37,670 bases of DNA from Thermodesulfatator sp. (GCA_003978075.1 QOAM01000056.1:1-37670), one strand, 5' to 3'. Shown: positions 1-8,790, counted from the first letter of the stretch. The notes: generated by a model from the letters alone, not told the origin. Program-made: numbers and translations.

Positions 1-413
1 ACCTGATGCCAGACCTCTACCGGCACCTGGCTGATGATAACCGTGGAACCCCTCTGATATCTCTCTTCTACCACCTCCAGAAGGTCCAGGGCCTGGACCC
101 GACTCAGCTGATTCAACCCCCAGTCATCAAGGATGAGCACCTCCACCTTCACCAGGGATTGCATCACCTTGAGATAGCTCCCATCCCCTTTGGCCAGCTC
201 AAGTTCTGACAAGAGCCTCCCCACCCGGTGGTACCTTACCCGGTAGCCCATCAAACAGGCCCGGTGCCCCAGGGCACAGGCAAGGTAGGTCTTACCCACC
301 CCTGTAGGCCCGGTAATGATGAGGTTGTGATACCGCCTAAGCCATCCCTCCCGCAAGCTCCATGATGAAGGCCCGGTTCAAATTCTTCGGAGTATGAAAG
401 TCAATCCCTTCAT
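1..413 (-). pseudogene. istB: IS21-family helper ATPase IstB, disrupted (N-terminal deletion plus frameshift); runs off the window edge
   Basis: Manual minus-strand translation gives EGIDFHTPKNLNRAFIMELA, then a frameshift near 345-352, then [39 protein letters not shown]...VLILDDWG...LLEVVEERYQRGSTVIISQVPVEVWHQ (Walker A GPTGVGKT, Walker B LILDD). The ATG at 413 overlaps the istA TGA (ATGA). Confidence 0.9.
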
Positions 414-535
414 CTTCGACCCCCTTCCCGGTAGTAATTCCCTCCCCGGATGTTTTCGTGCTCCAGGGATAGGCCGGGGCTTTCGGTCTGAAGGGGCACC
501 TGATCAAGCTCCTTCTCCAGAATGGACCCCACACT
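410..535 (-). mobile_element. istA: IS21 transposase IstA, C-terminal remnant only
   Basis: A frame not in the ORF track reads SVGSILEKELDQVPLQTESPGLSLEHENIRGGNYYREGGRR*. SVxSIL..LD and HENIRGxxYY are typical of IstA C-termini, and it abuts istB. No terminal inverted repeat was seen. Confidence 0.8.
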
Positions 536-1706
536 TTACCTTCTTTTCAGGATCTTTTAGTGGAGAAAGAGCTTCTTCGTTATTCAGAAAGGCGCAACGC
601 AGACCCCCGTGCTCGGTGATGAGGATTGTCTTCCAGGGGATTCCAGTGAGGACCTTAAAGGTTTCAACTCGGCGGGCCGGAAAGATGAGGGTGGCCTGCC
701 AGCCGGAAAAGCGCTCCTGCAAGACCCTTCCTAGGGTGCGATAGAGGGTTGCGAGGCTTCGGGTGTGCAGCCTTCGGCCGTAAGGCGGGTCGGTGACCAG
801 GTATCCGGGGCCGATCTCCGGGGGCCGGAGGTCTCCGATATCGCAACGAAAGACCTTTACCCATTCCGCAAGACCCAGGGCCTCCAAGTTTTTCCGGGTG
901 GCGACGACCATCTTTTCGAGGGCATCGGTAGCAAAGATGAGGGGGCGGTCCGGGGGAGGTTTTTCCCGGGCCCGGGCCTCTTCTCGGAGGTCCTCCCAGA
1001 GGTCCCGTGGAAAATAGGGCCAGGATTGGAAGGGAAAACGGCGCAGGAGTCCCGGGGCGCGTCCCGCGGCGAGCATAGCGGCCTCAGCGGGGATGGTTCC
1101 GGTGCCGCAGAAAGGGTCGACAAGGGGTTGATCTCCCCTCCAGCCCGAGGCCAGGACCAGGGCCGCGGCTAAGTTTTCTCTCAGGACCGCCGGCCCGTGA
1201 CCCACCTTGTAACCCCGACGAAAGAGGTCTCCTGAAGTCTCTATACTTACCGTACAAAGGTCTTTCACCAAACGCACCACCAGTACCAGATCCTCTTTTC
1301 CTTCCCGGATCGATCTTTGGAGTCGGTGGGAAATAACCTCCTCCAAACGTTCCTGAATAGCCCTTTCATGATAAAGGCGGGAACGATAGGAGGTCACCCG
1401 GAGGCGCACGCGGAAACCTTCAGGAATCCAGCACTCCCAGGGGATTTTTCTCGCCCGGCCTTTTAGTTCAGCGAAGGTTTTTACTTTGAAGCGGGCCAGG
1501 CGCAGGAGGATGCGACTGGCCACTCGTAGCCAGAGGTGCGCCTGCAGCATCTCCCTCCATCCGCCCTGAAAAAGCACTCCTCCTTCGATCACCTTTCCCG
1601 AAAGGCCCAGGGCCCGAAGCTCCTGGGCCACAAACCCCTCCAGCCCCGGAGGGGAAACCGCCAGGAACTCCCATATTACTTCCCCCGGCGAGGATCCTCG
1701 AAACAT
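504..1706 (-). CDS. THUMP-domain class I SAM-dependent RNA methyltransferase (RlmL-like)
   Basis: Motifs PGLE..VAQEL, LWLRVASRILL, LFRRGY, LRENLAAAL, DPFCGTGTI and TDPPYG. The start codon is uncertain (no clear RBS). Confidence 0.85.
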   Translation of the reverse strand: MFRGSSPGEVIWEFLAVSPPGLEGFVAQELRALGLSGKVIEGGVLFQGGWREMLQAHLWLRVASRILLRLARFKVKTFAELKGRARKIPWECWIPEGFRVRLRVTSYRSRLYHERAIQERLEEVISHRLQRSIREGKEDLVLVVRLVKDLCTVSIETSGDLFRRGYKVGHGPAVLRENLAAALVLASGWRGDQPLVDPFCGTGTIPAEAAMLAAGRAPGLLRRFPFQSWPYFPRDLWEDLREEARAREKPPPDRPLIFATDALEKMVVATRKNLEALGLAEWVKVFRCDIGDLRPPEIGPGYLVTDPPYGRRLHTRSLATLYRTLGRVLQERFSGWQATLIFPARRVETFKVLTGIPWKTILITEHGGLRCAFLNNEEALSPLKDPEKKVKCGVHSGEGA

Positions 1707-1873
1707 AAGTCAAACTTACAAAACAGGAGGAGCTATCCAAGGTTTATCCGCAACAGGTCGACGGAAAAGAAAAGCCCGGGGTCTCCTTGAGTAAAGGATT
1801 TTCTCCGAAAGAGGAAGGGGGTAAGTTAAAGAAGGTCTCTGATTTTCCTCGGAGGTGAGAAAGGAGGGGGGCC

Positions 1874-2494
1874 ATGTCTATCTTTGAGGAGCCTTGGGAA
1901 AAGATCCTTGAGGAATCGGTAAAAATGCACGGACACCTTTGTGCCGGGCAGGTGCTGGGGGTAAGGCTGGCCCTTCTGGGACTGCGCCTCATCGGGATAG
2001 AGGACCCCAAAGGGGCGGATCGGAAAAAATTTCTGGTCTTTGTAGAAATGGATCGCTGCGCTACAGATGCCGTGCAGTCCGTCACCGGGGCCAGCTTGGG
2101 CAAACGCTCCCTCAAGTTTTATGACTACGGGATCATGGCCGCCACCTTTCTCCGCCTGGACACCGGCCAAGCCTTCCGAGTGATCGCCCGGGAGGAGGCC
2201 CGCCAGCTGGCTGATCGCTACTTCCCCGAAATCAAAGACCGCTACCGCAGACAACTTGAGGCCTATCGTCTCATGCCTGAAGAAGAACTTTTTGAGGTTC
2301 AAGAGGTGGAGGTCCCCCTTTCGGAGTTTGACCTTCCGGGAAGACCCCGGCGAAGGGTGAAGTGTGAGGTCTGCGGACTCTATGTGCAGGACGGGCGAGA
2401 TGTGGAACGGGAGGGGCGGATCATGTGCCGGCCTTGTGCTGAAGGAGGGTATTTTCGTCCGAAAGGCCCCCGGACCAGGCCTCCGAAAGCCTGA
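1874..2494 (+). CDS. FmdE-family protein (formylmethanofuran dehydrogenase subunit E-like) with C-terminal C4 zinc finger
   Basis: HGHLCAGQVLG, VEMDRCATDAVQ, CEVCG...CRPC; RBS AGGAGG upstream. Confidence 0.85.
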   Translation: MSIFEEPWEKILEESVKMHGHLCAGQVLGVRLALLGLRLIGIEDPKGADRKKFLVFVEMDRCATDAVQSVTGASLGKRSLKFYDYGIMAATFLRLDTGQAFRVIAREEARQLADRYFPEIKDRYRRQLEAYRLMPEEELFEVQEVEVPLSEFDLPGRPRRRVKCEVCGLYVQDGRDVEREGRIMCRPCAEGGYFRPKGPRTRPPKA

Positions 2495-3416
2495 AAAGGA
2501 GATAAATGAGACTTAACTCCGGGTTGGCATAGCTTTCAAGACCTTCCCGCACCCGTTCCACCTCTTCGGCCAGGGAAAAGATATCTTTTGCCGGAGCGGG
2601 TTCGGGAAGCCCCGGAGGGTAAGGCCTCAGGCCCCGGTCGGCAAGAAAGGAATGCCAGAGCCAGAGTTCCAGAAGATAGAGGAGATCCGGGAGGCGATCC
2701 TTTCGGGCTCCCAAGGCCTCTACGGCCTTGAGCTGCAGCCCCGGGTCCTCGCTGCGGGCCGCGGCAGCCAAGCGATGAAGGTCTTCGAGCAGTCCGGCCC
2801 GGGAAAACCGGAGGGCTCGCCCTAGACTGCCCTCGGCCAAGAGGGCCAGGACTTGGGCCTCCTCTGGAGAAAGGTTAAATCGCTCCATCAGGAGTCCTTC
2901 TAAAACTTCCGGGGAAAGGGCCCGGAAGCGCACCACCTGGGTCCGCGAGACAATGGTGGGTAGCAGCCTTTCTGTGGACACCGCGGTAAGGAAAAAATGG
3001 GCGTAAGCCGGAGGCTCCTCCAAGGACTTGAGGAGGGCATTGGCCGCCTCGGGGGTAAGCCTTTCGGCCTCTTGCACTAGAACGATCTTCGCGGGGGCCT
3101 CCAGAGGAGGATAGCGCAGGAAGCGCTCCGCCTCCCGCACCCGCGCCAAAGAGATCCTTTCCCCCTCGCGGGAAAGAACCAGGAAGTCTGGATGGGTTCC
3201 TCGCAACAGCTTGCCGCAAGCTCGACATTGAGCACAGGCCTTGCGGGACTCGCAGAAGAGTTCTGCCGTTAGGGCCCGTACCGCAGTGGCCTTGCCCGTA
3301 CCCTCCGGACCCACCAGGAGATAAGCGTGGGCCAGGCGGCCTTGCTCTAGGGCCTGCCGGAAGAGGTTAACCGCCGTAGGCTGTCCGCGGAGATCCCTCA
3401 GGGAGCAGAGATCCAT
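2421..3416 (-). CDS. holB: DNA polymerase III delta' subunit
   Basis: LAHAYLLVGPEGTGK, Zn cysteines C..CAQCRAC, HPDF, AANALLKSLEEPP, LLPTIVSR. Confidence 0.92.
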   Translation of the reverse strand: MDLCSLRDLRGQPTAVNLFRQALEQGRLAHAYLLVGPEGTGKATAVRALTAELFCESRKACAQCRACGKLLRGTHPDFLVLSREGERISLARVREAERFLRYPPLEAPAKIVLVQEAERLTPEAANALLKSLEEPPAYAHFFLTAVSTERLLPTIVSRTQVVRFRALSPEVLEGLLMERFNLSPEEAQVLALLAEGSLGRALRFSRAGLLEDLHRLAAAARSEDPGLQLKAVEALGARKDRLPDLLYLLELWLWHSFLADRGLRPYPPGLPEPAPAKDIFSLAEEVERVREGLESYANPELSLIYLLFRLSEAWSGGLSDENTLLQHKAGT

Positions 3417-4683
3417 CTACACGCCTCCTCAAGCGCGCCCCCAGCCTCCTTAACTTTTCCTCCAGGGCCTCGTAGCCCCGGTCCAGGTGTTCCAGCCCGT
3501 AAATCCGGCTCGTCCCCTCAGCCGCGAGAGCCGCCAACACCAGAGAAGCCCCGGCCCTTAGATCTTGGGCCTGCACCTCCGCCCCTTGAAGGACTGTAGG
3601 CCCCCGGACAAAGGCCGTACGCCCTTCTTGCTCAATCTCCGCCCCCATCCGCTGGAGCTCTGGGACATGCCGAAAGCGATTCTCAAAGAGGTTTTCCGTA
3701 ATCCGGGAGAGCCCGTGGGCCTGCGTAAGCAGGACCATGATCTGGGCTTGGAGGTCCGTGGGGAAACCAGGATAAGGGGCGGTGGCCACCTTGAGAGGGC
3801 GGAGAGGTCCTGGGGCATAGGCGTAAAGCCGATCCCCTTCCCAATCCACCTCCAGGCCGGCCTCGCGTAGTTTGAGAATGGGGGCCTCAAGATGGGTAGG
3901 CTCCGTACCGGTAACCGTGATCTCCCCTCGGCAAATCCCCGCAAGCATCAGGTAAGTTCCGGCCTCGATGCGGTCTGGGATAATGGCTACCGGGCCTTCA
4001 GGAGGTCTCAGCTCTCGCCCACCTTCGATCTCCAGCACCCCTGTGCCGAGCCCCTTGATCTTTGCCCCCATAGTCTGGAGGAACTTTCCCAGGAAATCCA
4101 CCTCGGGTTCCCGCGCGGCGTTAATAAGACGGGTGCGGCCCCGGGCCCGTACCGCTGCCAGAAGGAGATTCTCCGTGGCGGTCACTGAGGGAAAGTCCAA
4201 CACAATCTCCGCCCCTCGAAGGCCCCTCGGAGCCTCTACCAGGATATTACTCCCTTCCTGCACCTCGGCCCCCATGAGGGAGAGACCTCGGAGGTGGAGA
4301 TCCACTGGGCGAGGTCCTATGGGACACCCCCCGGGTTTGGCCACCAGGGCTCGGCCCAGTCTAGCGATGAGCGGCCCCAGCACCAGGATGGAGGCCCGCA
4401 TCCGGCTCACTAAAGTATAAGGGGCCTGCCACCCCTCCACCCCTCGGGAATCCACAGCCAGGACCTCTCCTTCCCACCAAAAAGAGGCCCCGAGATGCTC
4501 CAAAAGATCTAACATGGTGTAAAGGTCCAGCAGGCGAGGCACCCGGATAAAACGATAAACTCCCGGGACCAGCAGGGTCGCCGCTAGGACCGGCAAAACG
4601 GCGTTCTTGGCCCCGCTTACCCGCACTTCCCCAGAGAGTCTGAATCCTCCTTCCACCTCCAGATATTCCGTGCCATCCTTCAT
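3367..4683 (-). CDS. murA: UDP-N-acetylglucosamine 1-carboxyvinyltransferase
   Basis: SGAKNAVLP, MRASILVLGPL, PGGCPIGPRPVDLH (catalytic Cys), PYPGFPTDLQAQ, DLRAGA, HLDRGYE. Confidence 0.97.
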   Translation of the reverse strand: MKDGTEYLEVEGGFRLSGEVRVSGAKNAVLPVLAATLLVPGVYRFIRVPRLLDLYTMLDLLEHLGASFWWEGEVLAVDSRGVEGWQAPYTLVSRMRASILVLGPLIARLGRALVAKPGGCPIGPRPVDLHLRGLSLMGAEVQEGSNILVEAPRGLRGAEIVLDFPSVTATENLLLAAVRARGRTRLINAAREPEVDFLGKFLQTMGAKIKGLGTGVLEIEGGRELRPPEGPVAIIPDRIEAGTYLMLAGICRGEITVTGTEPTHLEAPILKLREAGLEVDWEGDRLYAYAPGPLRPLKVATAPYPGFPTDLQAQIMVLLTQAHGLSRITENLFENRFRHVPELQRMGAEIEQEGRTAFVRGPTVLQGAEVQAQDLRAGASLVLAALAAEGTSRIYGLEHLDRGYEALEEKLRRLGARLRRRVDGSLLPEGSPRTAYGG

Positions 4684-5510
4684 GCGAATACCCCCACACG
4701 CGCGTATCCCAAGAGATCTTTATAAAATTTCACCCGCCATCCTTCTTGTTGAGCCAGATTTTCCACGGCTTTTTGCTGATTATAGCCTATTTCCAGAAAA
4801 AGTTTTCCTTTAGGCCTCAAATATCTGCGGGCTTCGGCCAGAGTGCGGCGAATATAGTCCAGCCCGTCCGGGCCCCCGTCCAAGGCCTCCGGAGGCTCGT
4901 ATTCCCGTACCTCTCGGGGGAGCTCCTTCCATTCTTCTCGACTCACATAAGGGGGGTTGGAGACCACGGCGGCAAAGGCCCGGGAAGCCTTTATCGGAGA
5001 GAGCCAGTCTCCGCGGACCAGGAGGAGACGCTGAGCGAGGCCATAGCGCGCAAGGTTCTCTCGGGCCACGGAGAGGGCCTCCGCCCGGCACTCCACCCCG
5101 ATCCCTTGAGAAAAGCGGCCCTCAAGGAGGAGAGTAATGAGCACTACCCCGGAGCCTACCCCTAATTCTAAGATCGGTCCCGGAGGGAGATCCTCGCTGA
5201 GCACGGCTTCTACCAGAATTTCGGTCTCCGGACGAGGGATGAGGACCCCGGGCCTTATGGTAAAGACCCGCCCGTAAAATTCCACCTCTCTCAAGAGATA
5301 GGCCAGGGGGACTCCCCGAGCCCTTTCTTCTAAAAGTTCGCGGAAGGCCTCCTCCGACACCGGTCTTTCGAGGTAAAGGTAAAGGTCCAGGGGTTTAAGC
5401 CCCAGGAGGTGGCCCAGCAGGACGCGGGTTTCGATAAGAGCCTCTTCCGGCGGGAGCCCGGCCTGGACCAGGAACTCCTTTCCCAAGGCCAGGGCCTCCC
5501 GGATCCGCAT
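4680..5510 (-). CDS. prmC: Release factor glutamine methyltransferase
   Basis: PLAYL, VLIPRPETEILVE, LELGVGSG, SNPPY, ALDGGPDGL, EIGYNQ. The ATG at 5510 overlaps the upstream TGA. Confidence 0.93.
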   Translation of the reverse strand: MRIREALALGKEFLVQAGLPPEEALIETRVLLGHLLGLKPLDLYLYLERPVSEEAFRELLEERARGVPLAYLLREVEFYGRVFTIRPGVLIPRPETEILVEAVLSEDLPPGPILELGVGSGVVLITLLLEGRFSQGIGVECRAEALSVARENLARYGLAQRLLLVRGDWLSPIKASRAFAAVVSNPPYVSREEWKELPREVREYEPPEALDGGPDGLDYIRRTLAEARRYLRPKGKLFLEIGYNQQKAVENLAQQEGWRVKFYKDLLGYARVGVFA

Positions 5511-6133
5511 CAAAAGCCTTTGGGACGCAGACGATTGAGGACGATTTCGTAGACCTCCTCCCCGGACCGCAACCGCCTCAAGCTATGGGCTACTTCAAAT
5601 TCCACTTCCGCCCGCTTCAAAAAGGGGACGAGCACACGGGCCCTCTCCCGAGAATGGGCGAGGTAGATTTCCCCTCCCGGCAGGAGATAGCGGCGAAAGA
5701 TCTGGAGAAGGGGCTCGAAAAGTCGGCCGGCATAGACTATTTCCGCCCCCAGGATGACCTCGAACTCCCCCAGATCCATGGGTTTAAACCAGTCAAGCCG
5801 GGCTACACGCACCTCCAGGCCGTTGACCTCCGCCGAGCGGCGGATGAGTTCCAGGGGCCGGGGTTCGTAGTCTGTAAGGGTAACCTGATGTCCGAAAGCC
5901 GCAGCCGCCAGTCCCGGAAGCCCCAGACCGGCCCAGATCTCCAGCACTCGCTTGGAGGGCTCCAGAGTGGCCACAAAGTCCGCCAAGACCAAGGAGGCTT
6001 CCCAGATCTTGGCCCAGAAGGGGAAATCCGCAAGCCCTTGGCCCTCTTGCTGAAAGTAGAAATCGAGATCTCGGGGCTTGACCACCACCAGTTCCCGATC
6101 GCGGATCTTCACGATCTCCTGGGTTAGATTCAC
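5510..6133 (-). CDS. Class I SAM-dependent methyltransferase (Methyltransf_16 / protein-lysine MTase-like)
   Basis: FPFWAKIWEASLVLA, VLEIWAGLGLPG, TLTDY, LDW, ILGAEIVY. The GTG start overlaps the upstream stop. Confidence 0.8.
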   Translation of the reverse strand: MNLTQEIVKIRDRELVVVKPRDLDFYFQQEGQGLADFPFWAKIWEASLVLADFVATLEPSKRVLEIWAGLGLPGLAAAAFGHQVTLTDYEPRPLELIRRSAEVNGLEVRVARLDWFKPMDLGEFEVILGAEIVYAGRLFEPLLQIFRRYLLPGGEIYLAHSRERARVLVPFLKRAEVEFEVAHSLRRLRSGEEVYEIVLNRLRPKGF

Positions 6134-7830
6134 GGCTCTCTCCTTCGGCCCAGTTTTACTTTAATATAGCGTAAACGCCCCTTGTGCCAAACTCGGAGGC
6201 CCAGCACCTCCCCGGGTTCCCGGCCCAGGACCAAGGCCTGGAGTTCTACCGGCTCATAGAGGGGGCGTCCTGCGCCCTCCAGGATTACATCTCCTCCCAC
6301 GGGATAAACCCGATTCCCTAAGGCCTGCACCTCCGAACCGGCCACGAGACCAGCTCGGGCCGCAGGACTCCCCGGATAGACCCGGAGCACCAGGAGCCCG
6401 AAACTCTGTTTGAGCCCTAAGGCTCTGCGCACCACCGGGGTCAAAGCCACCGTCTCTACCCCGAGCCAGGCCCACTCCACCTCTCCTTGGGTCAGAAACT
6501 TTTTTACGGATAGGCGGAGCAGCCAGCCTGGCACAGCGCTTCGCAATGCGGCTTGGGCCAAGTCCACAAATCCGGCCACCTCGCCTTGAGGAGAAAAGAG
6601 GAAGCCCTCCTTGAAGACAGGGCTATAAATCCCGAAGCGGACCGTCTCCAGGAGCCCCCGCAACCTACTCTCTTTAGGAGCCTGCACCACCCAGGCCGGG
6701 TAAACCCGCAGGGGTATCGAGGAGGTCACCAGGTGGAGGAAGGTCCCGGGGGCGGGGAAAGTCTTGGCGAAAAGCAGGCGGCTCCTTTCGCGCACCTGAT
6801 GGGGCAAACGCAAGAAGGCCAGGTCCAGGTAACCGTCATAGCCTTCAAGATGCACCGGAAAGCTCCGGCCATCGGGAAAGACGGCCTCCAGGAAGGGGGC
6901 TCCTTTAACTCGTGCATAATCAGCCAAGAGAAAGCGCCCTCCGGGAAGAAGGAGGGCCGGGGTGAGGCTTTCCGGCGGCGGGTCCGAGAGGTTTTCCAGG
7001 GGGATTTCCCGGGTGAGCACCGTCACCACCCGGGAATAAGGGGTGGCTGCCTGGACCGGAGTCCCAAAAAGAAAGAAGATCGTTGCTGCCAGGGCCACCC
7101 GATAGATTACAAAGGGATAGAAGGTGTGTCTTCGCAGAAAGGAAAGGAGAAAGGATATGGCCAGCAGACCGGCCGTCAAGGCCCCGAGAAATCCGCTAAG
7201 CATTACTAGAAAGGGAAGGCCCTGCTGACATCCCCGCAAGGCCCCTAAAAGGCCCGCCCCGGCGATAATGGGGGCGGAAAGGAGAAAGGAAAAACGGGCG
7301 GCTTCAGGGCGGGAAAGGCCCAAGAGGAGGGCCGCGGCCATGGTAATGCCGCTGCGGGAGGTCCCGGGAAAGAGGGCTAGGGCCTGAGCTAGGCCTATCC
7401 CTAGGGCCTCTCCCCATCCCAGGTCCTCCGCACGCCGGCGCTTGCGCCCCAAGATTTCTCCCAAGATCAGGGGCAGACTCATCAGGGCCAAAAAGAAGGA
7501 TACAGAGATAGGGGTGCGAAAACGGGCCTCAATTATATCCGCCAGCAGGAGCCCTGCCAGCCCTCCAGGCACGGTGGCCCAAAGGATGAGGAGAAACAGC
7601 CTTCGGCCAGGCCCTCCAGGACCCAGGTCGCCCAGCATCCCCAGCCAATCCCGTCGAAAGTAAAGGAGGACCGCCAGCAGGGTCCCCAGATGAATGAAGG
7701 CGTCAAAGGCCAGCCCTCCGTGGAACCTTAAGAGGTCCTCCACCAGCACCAGATGCCCGGAACTGGAAATAGGAAGAAACTCCGTAAGCCCTTGCAGGAC
7801 CCCCAAAATACCCGCCTGCCAGACCTCCAT
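6130..7830 (-). CDS. uppP: Fusion of undecaprenyl-diphosphate phosphatase (aa ~1-256), a degenerate HtrA-like trypsin domain and a PDZ domain
   Basis: UppP/BacA motifs QGLTEFLPISSSGH, PGTSRSGIT and AARFSFLLSAP. The C-terminal half has DGRSFPV..EGYD..LDLAFLRL, WLGV, VYPGSPAARAGL and GDVIL. Confidence 0.88.
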   Translation of the reverse strand: MEVWQAGILGVLQGLTEFLPISSSGHLVLVEDLLRFHGGLAFDAFIHLGTLLAVLLYFRRDWLGMLGDLGPGGPGRRLFLLILWATVPGGLAGLLLADIIEARFRTPISVSFFLALMSLPLILGEILGRKRRRAEDLGWGEALGIGLAQALALFPGTSRSGITMAAALLLGLSRPEAARFSFLLSAPIIAGAGLLGALRGCQQGLPFLVMLSGFLGALTAGLLAISFLLSFLRRHTFYPFVIYRVALAATIFFLFGTPVQAATPYSRVVTVLTREIPLENLSDPPPESLTPALLLPGGRFLLADYARVKGAPFLEAVFPDGRSFPVHLEGYDGYLDLAFLRLPHQVRERSRLLFAKTFPAPGTFLHLVTSSIPLRVYPAWVVQAPKESRLRGLLETVRFGIYSPVFKEGFLFSPQGEVAGFVDLAQAALRSAVPGWLLRLSVKKFLTQGEVEWAWLGVETVALTPVVRRALGLKQSFGLLVLRVYPGSPAARAGLVAGSEVQALGNRVYPVGGDVILEGAGRPLYEPVELQALVLGREPGEVLGLRVWHKGRLRYIKVKLGRRREP

Positions 7831-7832
7831 GG

Positions 7833-8771
7833 TTAAAAGAGCCTCTTTTTGATGAAATACACGGTGACCACCGTGGAGAGGACCAGAGAGACCAGGAGGA
7901 TCCCCCAGAAGGCCTGGGGATGGTTCTGAAAGGGCAACCGCACATTCATGCCGTAAAAGCTGGAAACCACGGTAGGGATGGCCAGCACAATGGCCAGAGC
8001 GGTGAGGAATTTCATGACCACGTTGAGATTGTTCCCGATAATGGAGGCATAAGCGTCCATGGTGCCGGTAAGGATGTCCGAATAAATCTTGGCCATCTCG
8101 ATGGCCTGCCGGTTTTCGATCTGGATGTCTTCCACGAGCTCCAGATCTTCCTCGGAAAGACGGAGGTAGCGGCCGGATTGAATGCGGGAAAGGACCACAT
8201 CGTTGCCCCGGAGGGCGGTATTGAAATAGACCAGGCTCTTTTCCAGACCCAGGATTTTCACCAGCTCGCGATTACGAAAGGAGCGATAGAGCTCTCGTTC
8301 GTAGTCTTCGATGAGGCGGTCCATCAAGCGGAGATAGCGCAGAAAGAGATTAGTCACGCAATAAAAAAGGAGAAAGAGAAAGGTGGTGGGACGGGCGAGA
8401 TCCACCGGCAAGAAACGGCCCGCCTGAGAGACTATTTCTTCCAGGACCAGATTTTCCTTGAGACAAACGGTGACCACCACCCCTTCCGTAATGATAATCC
8501 CGAGGGGGATAGTCTCGTAACGAAGGATATCTCCCTGATGGCGGGGGTCAGGCACATGGAAGATGATGAGAAGCTGTTTTTCCTCCACCTCCACCCGCGG
8601 CCTTTCTTCCTCATCCAGGGGGTAACGCAGGAACTCCGGGAGGATGGCGAAACGGCGTTCCACAAAGCGCAGCTCCTCTTCCGAAGGGGCGGTGAGCACC
8701 AGCCAGCTTTGAGGACAGGCCTCCTCCGCGGGCAAGAGGAAACCGTTTTCTGAACAGTAAATACGGAGCAT
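7833..8771 (-). CDS. corA: CorA-family Mg2+/Co2+ transporter
   Basis: PLDEEERPRVEVE, NNLNVVMKFLT and the signature FYGMN, with two C-terminal TM helices. The likely start is the ATG at 8771 (RBS GAGGGG), not 9032. Confidence 0.92.
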   Translation of the reverse strand: MLRIYCSENGFLLPAEEACPQSWLVLTAPSEEELRFVERRFAILPEFLRYPLDEEERPRVEVEEKQLLIIFHVPDPRHQGDILRYETIPLGIIITEGVVVTVCLKENLVLEEIVSQAGRFLPVDLARPTTFLFLLFYCVTNLFLRYLRLMDRLIEDYERELYRSFRNRELVKILGLEKSLVYFNTALRGNDVVLSRIQSGRYLRLSEEDLELVEDIQIENRQAIEMAKIYSDILTGTMDAYASIIGNNLNVVMKFLTALAIVLAIPTVVSSFYGMNVRLPFQNHPQAFWGILLVSLVLSTVVTVYFIKKRLF

Positions 8772-8790
8772 GATCCCCTCTGGTAGCCCT

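Noticed and set aside
337-534. 65-aa ORF in the track as a real small protein
   Set aside because: It is a chimera of out-of-frame istA sequence and a short istB segment.
1874-2494. fmdE as evidence of methanogenesis-type C1 metabolism
   Set aside because: Stand-alone FmdE-family genes are common in anaerobic bacteria, and no other fmd/fwd genes are present here.
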